This document shows, one piece after another, positions 1 through 7,691 of a stretch of 26,473 nucleotides of DNA. Location of the stretch: the NCBI GenBank assembly GCA_964388515.1, contig CAYMBB010000002.1, positions 1-26,473 of the forward strand, in the 5' to 3' direction. Within the stretch, counting starts at the first letter, position 1. Every line of letters begins with the position of its first letter. Under the pieces are notes generated by a model. The model searched no databases and had not been told where the DNA came from. It saw only the letters and a list, made by a program, of their open reading frames with translations. The translations under genes and the position numbers were made by a program. Source of the stretch: an uncultured Anaerolineaceae bacterium. GTDB taxonomy: Bacteria; Chloroflexota; Limnocylindria; Limnocylindrales; CSP1-4.

Positions 1-168
1 CTCGGGCAGCTCGGGATCGCCGGCCTGACCGTCGCCCTCGGCGCGGCGGTCGGGGCGCTGTGCACGAATGCATTCGCCGCCCGCGGCGACCTCGGCTCCG
101 GGGGACGGACAGCGGCAACGGGCGGCCGTCCCGGGCCGCTGCAGGCTCGACCGCCGGTCGACGAATGA
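1..168 (+). CDS. 3' end of a membrane protein gene (partial, runs off the left edge)
   Basis: Frame 1 is open from base 1: LGQLGIAGLTVALGAAVGALCTNAFAARGD...PPVDE, TGA at 166-168. Hydrophobic segment plus low-complexity tail. Not in the ORF track because there is no start codon in the window. Confidence 0.6.
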   Translation, partial: LGQLGIAGLTVALGAAVGALCTNAFAARGDLGSGGRTAATGGRPGPLQARPPVDE

Positions 169-247
169 ACGGCCGCGGCGGTCGTTGCGGATTCGCCACC
201 GGGGGCGGAGCCGCGACCCGATCCGCGATTGGGGACGGCCCGGGCCG

Positions 248-1873
248 ATGAGCTTCCTCCCGTTCTTCGTCGTCGCGCTGGGCGCGGCGACCGGCGCCCT
301 GCTGACCCGCCGGAAACCGGGCCTGTCGCTCGTCGTCGGCTTTGCCGGGCTCGTCCTGGCCTTGCTCGCGGCCCTCGCCATCCGGCCCGGCGAGGCGCTC
401 GTCATCGGCGACGGCACGATCGCCACGACCGCCTACCAGCGCCTCTTCCTCGTCCTGGGGGCGGGCAGCGGCCTGGCCATCTCGATCATCGGGCTGGCCA
501 CGAGCTGGCAGCGCAACGTGCCGGCCGCGATCCTCGCCTCGCTCGGCTGGACGGGCCTGGCGCTCGCCCTGCCCGACCCGACCGCGGCGCTCGTGGCCGC
601 CGTCGCCGCCGGCCTGGCCGGGATCCTCGTCACGCTCGTCGCCCCGATCGACGAGCGGGGCGTCGAGGTCGGGGCCCGCGAGCTGCGCGCCGTCGCGGTC
701 GCCGGGACCCTGGCCCTGGCCGCGACTGCCGGCCTCGGCAGCGGCCTGGTCTCGCCCGGGACCGGGGCGGGGGCGGTCGGACTGGCCTACCTCGCGGTCG
801 TCGTCGCGGTCGCCCTTCGCTTCGGCGTCATCCCGTTCCATGCCTGGGCCGGACGCCTCTCGCAGTCCGCCCCCGAGGCGGCCCTGCCGCTCCTCCTGGC
901 CTGGGCGCCGTCCGGCTTCGCGGTCGTGGCCCTGGCCGCGGTCGGCGGCTCGCTCGGCGGGCCAGCCGAGTCGCTCGATCTCGAGCGCGGGCTGGTCGTG
1001 GCGCTCGGCGCCGTCGGCCTCCTGTTCGGCACGTTCGCGGTCTGGATCCAGGACGACCTCGAGCACGTCGTCGGTTACTCGATCGCCCAGGACGCCGGGT
1101 TCGTCATCCTTGCCCTGGCCACCCCCGGGGCGGAGACCTGGGGGCCGGCGCGCTCGTGGATCCTTGTCTTCGCGCTCGCCAAGACCGCCCTCGCGGCCTG
1201 GGCGCTCGTCCTCCGAACGACCCACGGCACGAGGCGGATCGACCACCTCGGCGGCTGGGCCCGCCGGTCACCGGTGCTCGGGGTCGCCTTCGTCCTGCTC
1301 GTCCTGGCGACGATCGGCTGGCCTGGCTCGACCGCATGGGTGGCCCGGCTCGATCTCGTCGGGCGCTCGGTCCTGGATCCGCTCCGGACGCTCGTCGTCC
1401 TGGCCGGCCTCTCCTCGCTCCTCTACTACGCCAGGCTGGCCGGGATCGGGCTGCGAACGCCGGGCGACGAGCCGGGCGGGCGGGCAGCCGGGCGGTTGCG
1501 CTGGCCGCGCTCGCTCCGGCGTCCGGCGGACACGGCTGGCCGGGCGGCCATGAACACAGCCGAGCAGCGGGACGAGGCGCTGGACGGCGACGGCACGCCC
1601 GCGGAGCCCCCCCGGCCGTCTCGACCAGGTCGAGCGGGAGGTCAGGTCGCCCGCACCGCCGAGCCGGGCGGCGTCGCCGGGCAGTCCAGCACCCGCGCCG
1701 GACGGCTGATCGGCCAGCTCGGCTCGGCCTGGCACGGGAACCGGTCGGTCATCGCCAGCCTGCTCGTCCTCGTCCTGGCCGGGGCCGCCTTCCTCGGCGC
1801 GGCCGGCTGGCTCGGCGTCCCGGATGCGGCCGGCGAAGCCCCGCCCGCCGCGGTCAGCCCGGCGTCGCCCTAG
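248..1873 (+). CDS. NuoN/MrpD-like proton-conducting membrane transporter family protein (degenerate), 541 aa
   Basis: ATG at 248 after GGGGA. Many TM helices. Family motifs LRFGVIPFHAW (cf. FKL..PFH.W), EHVVGYSIAQDAGF (cf. KRMLAYSSIAH.GY) and LATIGWPG (cf. SLAGIPP). The track ORF from 68 adds a non-coding-looking extension. Confidence 0.8.
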   Translation: MSFLPFFVVALGAATGALLTRRKPGLSLVVGFAGLVLALLAALAIRPGEALVIGDGTIATTAYQRLFLVLGAGSGLAISIIGLATSWQRNVPAAILASLGWTGLALALPDPTAALVAAVAAGLAGILVTLVAPIDERGVEVGARELRAVAVAGTLALAATAGLGSGLVSPGTGAGAVGLAYLAVVVAVALRFGVIPFHAWAGRLSQSAPEAALPLLLAWAPSGFAVVALAAVGGSLGGPAESLDLERGLVVALGAVGLLFGTFAVWIQDDLEHVVGYSIAQDAGFVILALATPGAETWGPARSWILVFALAKTALAAWALVLRTTHGTRRIDHLGGWARRSPVLGVAFVLLVLATIGWPGSTAWVARLDLVGRSVLDPLRTLVVLAGLSSLLYYARLAGIGLRTPGDEPGGRAAGRLRWPRSLRRPADTAGRAAMNTAEQRDEALDGDGTPAEPPRPSRPGRAGGQVARTAEPGGVAGQSSTRAGRLIGQLGSAWHGNRSVIASLLVLVLAGAAFLGAAGWLGVPDAAGEAPPAAVSPASP

Positions 1874-2331
1874 TCGGCCGCGGCGAGCGCCCAGCGGTCG
1901 ATCTCGCGCTCGTAGTCGACGAGCTCCGCCGGCGAGAACCAGAGCGCCAGCTCGGCGGCGGCCGTCTCGGCCCCGTCCGAGGCGTGGACCAGGTTCTGGG
2001 CCGTCTCGAGCGCGAAGTCGCCGCGGATCGTCCCGGGTGCCGCCTCGTGGGGACGCGTCGCGCCGACCATCGCCCGGACGACGCCGATCGCGTTCGGGCC
2101 TTCGAGGGCGATCGCGATCAGCGGGCTCGAGGTGATGAAGTCGACGAGACCGCCGAAGAAGGGCTTGTCGCGATGGACCGCGTAGTGGCGCTCGGCCAGC
2201 GGGCGATCGACCGCGACGAGCTTGAGCCCGACGAGCTTCAGCCCGCGTTCCTCGAACCGGCTGATCAGCCGGCCGACGAGGAGGCGCTGGACGGCATCGG
2301 GCTTGATCAGGACCAGCGTTCGTTCGGTCAT
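1870..2331 (-). CDS. ndk: Nucleoside diphosphate kinase
   Basis: MTERTLVLIKPDAVQR, PGTIRGDFA and NLVHASD (phospho-His motif); 153 aa. Confidence 0.97.
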   Translation of the reverse strand: MTERTLVLIKPDAVQRLLVGRLISRFEERGLKLVGLKLVAVDRPLAERHYAVHRDKPFFGGLVDFITSSPLIAIALEGPNAIGVVRAMVGATRPHEAAPGTIRGDFALETAQNLVHASDGAETAAAELALWFSPAELVDYEREIDRWALAAAD

Positions 2332-3431
2332 GTCGTCTCCCTGGGTGGCGAGTCGGGCTCCGTCGGACGGGCCGGACGGGGCGTGGTCGGTCGGGCCGGT
2401 CGGGCCGGCGCCCGGGCGGGGGGTCGGGCGTCCCGGCCGGAGGCGGGCAAGGCCGGCCTCCGCGGGGTCCCGGTCGGCGGGGTCGTCTCCCGGAGAGCCA
2501 GCAGCCGGGCTGCGGACGCGTAGGCGTGCCGGGCCTCCAGCTCGTGGCCGACGAGGCGCAACGCGTCGCCGCGCACGACCTCGAGCCCGGGCCCGCTGCC
2601 TCCGGCGGCGACGTCGAGGACGGCCGGCGCGAGCGCGGGGTCGAGCCGGAGCGCGATCGCCAGGTGAACGGCCGCCCCGTCGAGATCGCCGGCCGCGACC
2701 GCCTCGCGACCGGCGCCGAGCTCGGCGCCCGGGTCGGCGGGCTGGAGGTCATCACCCGGGCCGGCCGGCTCGGCGTCCCAGAAGCCCGGCCCGGACACCA
2801 GGGCCGGGGTGGTGGCATCCGTCCCGGCCGGGGTCGCCGTCCCGCCCGGGCGGGCCCGGGCGAGGCGCGCGGCGGCGTCGGCCGCGAGCGGCGCCTCGGT
2901 CGTGAACAGGGCACCGGCCGGTTCACCGGGATCGGCCGGATCGGTTGGCCAGACGGCGCTCCGGGCGATCCCTGCGAACAGCTCCTCGAGCGGCCGGTCG
3001 AGCCGCTCGAGGGCGCGCGTCGCGAGGCGCTTCGCCTCGCCGGGACGCCCGAGCGCGACGGCCGCCTCGGCCGCGATCACGAACCCGAGCGCCTCGTCGC
3101 CACCGGCCGCGAGACAGGCCTGGGCCGCCGTGCCGGCACCCGGCAGGTCGCCGGTCCGCCAGCGGATCTCGGCGAGGTCGAGGAGCGCGCCGGTGTCGAG
3201 CTCGCCCGACCCGGCGAGGGTCTCGAGCTCGGCCCGGGCCAGCCCGAACGCGCCCGTGCGCAGGTGGAGTCGGGCCAGCCGGGCCTCCGTCGAGCGGCTG
3301 GTCGAACCGGACCCCCGCGGGGCGGCGACGGCCTCCGCGGCGACAGCCTTCACGGTGACGGCCTCCGCGGCGCTCGACTCGGCCGGCGCCGGCGCCGGCC
3401 GGGCGGTCCGCGAACGGCTGGCTCTCGGCAT
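2328..3431 (-). CDS. Hypothetical helical-repeat (TPR-like) protein, 367 aa
   Basis: ATG at 3431 overlaps the M16 stop (ATGA), and its TGA overlaps the ndk ATG. Amphipathic repeats (LARLHLRTGAFGLARAELE, LAEIRWRTGDLPGAGTAAQ, AAVALGRPGEAKRLATRAL) with Pro/Ala/Arg-rich termini. Confidence 0.75.
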   Translation of the reverse strand: MPRASRSRTARPAPAPAESSAAEAVTVKAVAAEAVAAPRGSGSTSRSTEARLARLHLRTGAFGLARAELETLAGSGELDTGALLDLAEIRWRTGDLPGAGTAAQACLAAGGDEALGFVIAAEAAVALGRPGEAKRLATRALERLDRPLEELFAGIARSAVWPTDPADPGEPAGALFTTEAPLAADAAARLARARPGGTATPAGTDATTPALVSGPGFWDAEPAGPGDDLQPADPGAELGAGREAVAAGDLDGAAVHLAIALRLDPALAPAVLDVAAGGSGPGLEVVRGDALRLVGHELEARHAYASAARLLALRETTPPTGTPRRPALPASGRDARPPARAPARPARPTTPRPARPTEPDSPPRETT

Positions 3432-4696
3432 CAGGGCAACCGCAGCGCGCGCTCGAGCCCGCGTGCCCGGCGGGCGGGGGCGACGACCGCCAGGCGCAGC
3501 CGATCGTCCTGGAACAGCTCGCCGGCCAGCTTGCGGACGTCTTCGGCGCTGACCGCTTCGACCGCGGCGAGCGCCTCGTCGAGCGTGTAGACCCGCTCGT
3601 GGAGCGCCTCCTGGCCGCCGATCCACGAGGCGAGGTGGCGCGTCTCCTCGATCCGCAGCTCGAGGCCGCCCGAGACGTACGCTTTTGCCTTGGCGAGCTC
3701 ATCGGCCGGGACGAGCGCATCACGGAGCCGAGCGATCTCGGCCAGGATCGCCTCGAGGGCCGGCTGCAGCTGGTCGGGGTCGACCCCGGCCGAGACGCCG
3801 AGCACCCCGGCATCGGCGTAGTCGGTGACCCCCGACCCGATGTCGTAGGCGAGCGCCTTCTCCTCGCGCACGGTCAGGAAGAGCCGTGAGCTCATCCCGT
3901 CGCCCAGGATCGTGTTCAGGACGGTCAGCACCCAGCTCTCGGGATGGTCGCGCCGGAGCGCCGGAACGCCGACCGCGAGGTGGGCCTGGGTCGTCGGCCG
4001 CGGACCGAGCAGGAAGCGCTCGCCGGCCGGCAGGGCGGGTGCCGGCTCGAACGGGAGGCGCCCACCGTCGCCGGTTCCGAACGCGCCGCCGACGAGATCG
4101 AGGACCGTGGCGTGGTCCAGGTCCCCGGCGGCGGCGACGACGACGTTGGCCGGCCGGTAGGTGCGCCGCCAGAACTCGCGGATCGCCGACTCGGGCAGGC
4201 GCCGGATCCCCTCCTCGTCGCCGCAGATCTCCCGCCCGAGGGCGGTCTGGCCGAACATCGCGAGCTGGAAGAGGATCTGCACCCACTCGGCCGGATCGTC
4301 GAGGTAGGAGCGGATCTCCTCGATGATCACCGTCCGCTCGTGGTCGATCTCACGATCATCGAGGGTCGGGCGGACGATCAGCTCGCCGAGCACGTCCATC
4401 GCCCGGGCGGCCTCGCGGCGCGGGACGCGGGCCCAGTAGACGGTCGACTCGCGGTCGGTGGCCGCGTTCAGGCTGCCCCCGACGCCCTCGATCGCCTCCG
4501 AGATCGCCCGGGCCGACGGGTAGGCGGCCGTCCCCTTGAAGGTGATGTGCTCCATGAAATGGGCCACGCCGGCCTCGTCGGGCGTCTCCAGGCGCGAGCC
4601 GGCCAGGACGTACGCCGCGATGGAGACCGAACGAGCCCCGGGCAGGCGGGCGCTGATGACGCGCGGCCCTTCGGGCAGCGCGGTCCGTTCGAACAT
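3431..4696 (-). CDS. M16 family (pitrilysin/M16B) zinc peptidase, 421 aa
   Basis: Inverted zinc motif HFMEH followed by ITFKGT; GGSLNAATDRE; ILGDGMSSRLF. Start MFERT at 4696. Confidence 0.95.
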   Translation of the reverse strand: MFERTALPEGPRVISARLPGARSVSIAAYVLAGSRLETPDEAGVAHFMEHITFKGTAAYPSARAISEAIEGVGGSLNAATDRESTVYWARVPRREAARAMDVLGELIVRPTLDDREIDHERTVIIEEIRSYLDDPAEWVQILFQLAMFGQTALGREICGDEEGIRRLPESAIREFWRRTYRPANVVVAAAGDLDHATVLDLVGGAFGTGDGGRLPFEPAPALPAGERFLLGPRPTTQAHLAVGVPALRRDHPESWVLTVLNTILGDGMSSRLFLTVREEKALAYDIGSGVTDYADAGVLGVSAGVDPDQLQPALEAILAEIARLRDALVPADELAKAKAYVSGGLELRIEETRHLASWIGGQEALHERVYTLDEALAAVEAVSAEDVRKLAGELFQDDRLRLAVVAPARRARGLERALRLP

Positions 4697-4703
4697 CGTG
4701 GGG

Positions 4704-4709
4704 ATGGTA
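4704..4709 (-). promoter_or_regulatory. -10 box TACCAT; leaderless promoter of the M16 operon
   Basis: Minus strand reads TACCAT-ccccacg-ATG (7-nt spacer); no SD. Confidence 0.65.
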
Positions 4710-4710
4710 C

Positions 4711-4743
4711 AGGAAAGCCGGCCGGTCCCTGGGGCCGGCCGGC
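4711..4743 (-). terminator. Intrinsic terminator after the NCS2 permease
   Basis: 9-bp stem GCCGGCCGG (4717-4725) / CCGGCCGGC (4735-4743), followed by TTTCCT on the minus strand. Confidence 0.6.
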
Positions 4744-4763
4744 GTTCGCTGCAGTCGGGCAAC

Positions 4764-6095
4764 CTAGACGATGTAGCCCTGGATCCAGTCCTTGGCGAAG
4801 AAGACGACGAAGGCGATCGCTACGACCCACATCAGCCAGTGGATCTCGCCCAGCTTGCCCCGGACGACCTTGATGAACACCCAGCTCACGAACCCGGCCC
4901 CGATCCCGACCGTGATGTCGTAGGTCAGCGGCATCAGGACCATCGTGAGCAGGGCGGGGATCCCCTCCTCGACGTCGGTCACCGGGATGTCCCGGATGAT
5001 CGTGAACATCAGGTAGCCGACGAGGACGAGGGCCGGCGCGGTCGCGACGCCCGGGATGATCCCCGCGATCGGCGAGAGGAAGATCGCGAGCAGGAAGAGG
5101 ACGCCGGTGACGACCGAGGCGAAACCGGTCCGGCCGCCCTCGGCGACGCCCGCTGCGCTCTCGATGTAGGTCGTGTTCGAGCTGATCCCGGCCGCGCCGC
5201 CGGCGACCGCGGCCAGGCTGTCGACGAGGAGGACCCGCCCGATCCCGGGCACGCTGCCGTCGGAATTGGCGAGGCCCGCCTCGGCGGCCACGCCGGTCAC
5301 GGTCCCCATCGTGTCGAAGAAGTCGGTCAGCATGATCGAGAAGATCGTCAGCAGCGCGGCCAGCAGGCCGAGCTTGCTGAAGACGTCGGCGAGGTCGAAC
5401 TGGCCGACGGTCGCGAACGACGGGGTGAGGACGAACGTGTCGGGGATCTTCGTCACCCCGGCCAGCAGGGCCAGGACCGTGGTCACGAGGATGCTGATGA
5501 TCAGCGCCGCCCGGACCTTCATCACGTACAGGGCGATCGTGACGGCCAGGCCGGCGATGAACACGAAGTTCGCCGGCGAGGCCGGGAAGACCGGGATGAC
5601 TGGCGGGATCCCGCCCTCCGGCGACTTGATGAAGCCGCCGTTCACGAACCCGATGAACAGGATGAAGAGACCGATGCCGACCCCGATCGCCCGCTTCAGG
5701 GCGAGCGGGACCGCGTTCATGATCGCCTCGCGGGCACCGACCAGGACGAGCGCGGTCACGAGCAGACCCTCGAGGACGATGACCCCCATCGCGCCGGCGA
5801 GCGTGAGCCCGTTGCCGAGGACGAGCGTGAAGGCGACGACGCCGTTGATCCCGAGCCCGGCGGCCAGGGCGAGCGGGTAGTTGGCCACGACGCCCATGGC
5901 GATCGTCATGACCCCCGCCACGAGGGCCGTGGCGGCCGACGCGGCCGGGACGTCGATCCCCGCCGCCGACAGGATCGACGGGTTCAGGAAGATGATGTAG
6001 GCCATGACCATGAACGTGGTCAGGCCTGCCCGCACCTCGGTGCCGATGTCGGTGCCACGTTCACCGAACTTGAAGTACGACGCGATCGAGTCCAC
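4764..6095 (-). CDS. NCS2/AzgA family purine (guanine/hypoxanthine/adenine) permease, 443 aa
   Basis: GTEVRAGLTTFMVMAYIIFLNP, LALAAGLGIN, DFFDTMGT, TTYIESAAGVAEGGRTG. GTG start with GGAGG/GGAGGGAGG SD. Confidence 0.95.
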   Translation of the reverse strand: MDSIASYFKFGERGTDIGTEVRAGLTTFMVMAYIIFLNPSILSAAGIDVPAASAATALVAGVMTIAMGVVANYPLALAAGLGINGVVAFTLVLGNGLTLAGAMGVIVLEGLLVTALVLVGAREAIMNAVPLALKRAIGVGIGLFILFIGFVNGGFIKSPEGGIPPVIPVFPASPANFVFIAGLAVTIALYVMKVRAALIISILVTTVLALLAGVTKIPDTFVLTPSFATVGQFDLADVFSKLGLLAALLTIFSIMLTDFFDTMGTVTGVAAEAGLANSDGSVPGIGRVLLVDSLAAVAGGAAGISSNTTYIESAAGVAEGGRTGFASVVTGVLFLLAIFLSPIAGIIPGVATAPALVLVGYLMFTIIRDIPVTDVEEGIPALLTMVLMPLTYDITVGIGAGFVSWVFIKVVRGKLGEIHWLMWVVAIAFVVFFAKDWIQGYIV

Positions 6096-6215
6096 GCCGG
6101 GCGTCCTCCCTCCATCCTTCGACGCGCCGGGCCAGGCGGCCCGGGCCGCGCCGCTTGATCGCCGAACCTCGACAGCCCCCTCCGGGCCGCCGACCCTGCC
6201 GCGCCCCCGCCCCGC

Positions 6216-6240
6216 GCCCGGACGCCGCCGGCATCCGGGC
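6216..6240 (-). terminator. GC hairpin just after the 143-aa gene
   Basis: 11-bp stem (one G-U pair in the minus-strand RNA) with a 3-nt loop, 9 nt after the stop; no U-tract. Confidence 0.45.
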
Positions 6241-6248
6241 CCGCTCCA

Positions 6249-6680
6249 CTACTCCTCTTCGCGGGCGTCGAGACCGAGCAGCTCCATCTGGACGAAGCCG
6301 CTCGTGTCGAACTCGAGCTGACGTGGCGCGAACGGCTCCTGGCCGCCCGAACCGAGCGGCGTGAACTCGAGCTCGACACGCTCGTCGCCCTGGACGAGGG
6401 TGTAGACGAGGAGCTGGTCGGGCCGGGTCTCGAACTCCAGGTGCTCGAACGAGTCGACGTTCAGGCAGATCGAGAGCGGGGTGAAGTAGCTCGAGACCTC
6501 GGGGTGGTCGACCACGATCCGCTCGACCCAGCCGGTCCCGTGGGCGACGAGCTCGCGCCCGCGATGGTAGCGATAGGAAACGGTCTGCTTGAGGAGCGGG
6601 CGCAGGAGGTTGTAGAGGTCGATCCGGCTCGAGACGATGCCGCGGTTGACGAAGAACTTCGCGGGCGGTACGGGCGACAC
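6249..6680 (-). CDS. Hypothetical protein, 143 aa, beta-rich with acidic tail
   Basis: AGGAG (6690-6686), 5 nt, then GTG at 6680. Normal globular composition (MSPVPPAKFFVNRGIVSSRIDLYNLLRPLL...), unlike the low-complexity upstream part of the 459-aa track ORF. Confidence 0.8.
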   Translation of the reverse strand: MSPVPPAKFFVNRGIVSSRIDLYNLLRPLLKQTVSYRYHRGRELVAHGTGWVERIVVDHPEVSSYFTPLSICLNVDSFEHLEFETRPDQLLVYTLVQGDERVELEFTPLGSGGQEPFAPRQLEFDTSGFVQMELLGLDAREEE

Positions 6681-6755
6681 GCGTGCTCCTGCGAACGGCC
6701 GGTACGGGCTGGTCGAGACGCTGGCGGATCGGCGAGCAGCGACCCTCTGGCCCGG

Positions 6756-6761
6756 ATGGTA
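6756..6761 (-). promoter_or_regulatory. -10 box TACCAT of the 143-aa gene (leader about 70 nt)
   Basis: Minus strand GGTACCATCC, the same core as the M16 promoter, in the divergent intergenic region. Confidence 0.5.
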
Positions 6762-6848
6762 CCGCAGCGCGGCGCGGCTGCACAAGGCGTTTCGGCATGC
6801 GCCGATGCCGGTCGCCGCACTGGCAGGGCCGGCTGCGTTGTGCACGCG

Positions 6849-6854
6849 TATCAT
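6849..6854 (+). promoter_or_regulatory. -10 box TATCAT; leaderless promoter of the coaX operon
   Basis: TATCAT-ccggtc-GTG (6-nt spacer); no SD. Confidence 0.7.
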
Positions 6855-6860
6855 CCGGTC

Positions 6861-7691
6861 GTGCTCCTCGCGCTCGACATCGGCAACACCAATCTGACGA
6901 CCGGGCTGTTCCGCTCTGGCACGCTCGTCGCGAGCCGGCGTGCGGCGACCCGTGCCGGCTCGACGGCGGACGAGCTCGAGGTCGCGCTGGAGGGTCTGCT
7001 GCGGCTCGACGGCGCCTCGCTCGCTGACGTCAGCGCGATCGCCGTCGCGTCGGTCGTGCCCTCCCTGACCGGCGCGGTCGAGCAGATCGCCGGGCGCCGC
7101 GAGACCCCGATCATCGTCGCCGGGGCCGGCACCGTTCCGATCGCGATCCGGGTCGAGCGCCCGGCCGAGGTCGGCGCGGACCGGCTGGTGAACGCGCTCG
7201 CTGCCCAGCGGCTGTACGGCGCGCCCGCGGTCGTGGTCGACTTCGGGACGGCGACGACACTCGACGCGGTCGCCGCCGACGGTGCCTACGTCGGCGGTGC
7301 GATCGCCCCCGGGCTCGAGCTCGGCCTCGAGGCGCTCGCGGCCCGAACCGCAAAGCTGCCCCGGATCGAGCTGCGCACCCCCGAGCGGGCGATCGGGCGG
7401 GACACCGTGAGCGCGATGCAGGCCGGCACGGTCTTCGGCTACCAGGCGCTCGCCGCCGGCCTCCTGGCCCGGGTTCGAGGCGAGCTGGCCGAGGCCTCCG
7501 GGATCGAACCCTCGGCGGTCCGGGCGATCCTCACCGGCGGCCTGTCCGCGGCGCCCTGGGCACGGGCCCTCGCGGAGGTCGACGCGATCGACCCCGAGCT
7601 GACCCTGCGCGGCCTGGCGATCCTCCATGCCGAGCTCGCGGGTGGTGCACCGCTCGAGACGATCGGCCCGGCGCCGGGTGTTGCCCGGTGA
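6861..7691 (+). CDS. coaX: Type III pantothenate kinase, 276 aa
   Basis: LALDIGNTN, VGADRLVN, VVVDFGTATT, GGAIAPG, LTGG. Confidence 0.96.
   Translation: MLLALDIGNTNLTTGLFRSGTLVASRRAATRAGSTADELEVALEGLLRLDGASLADVSAIAVASVVPSLTGAVEQIAGRRETPIIVAGAGTVPIAIRVERPAEVGADRLVNALAAQRLYGAPAVVVDFGTATTLDAVAADGAYVGGAIAPGLELGLEALAARTAKLPRIELRTPERAIGRDTVSAMQAGTVFGYQALAAGLLARVRGELAEASGIEPSAVRAILTGGLSAAPWARALAEVDAIDPELTLRGLAILHAELAGGAPLETIGPAPGVAR

Noticed and set aside
236-247. 12-bp palindrome CGGCCCGGGCCG just before the NuoN-like ATG
   Set aside because: All G/C, so likely by chance in this genome.
2331-2530. Short imperfect repeats (CGGACGG, GGTCGGGCC) suggesting a repeat array
   Set aside because: They encode the Pro/Arg/Ala tail of the 367-aa protein; there is no constant repeat-spacer periodicity, so this is not CRISPR.
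6096-6248. Expected purine riboswitch upstream of the NCS2 permease
   Set aside because: No purine aptamer core or other recognisable riboswitch consensus; only GC hairpins.
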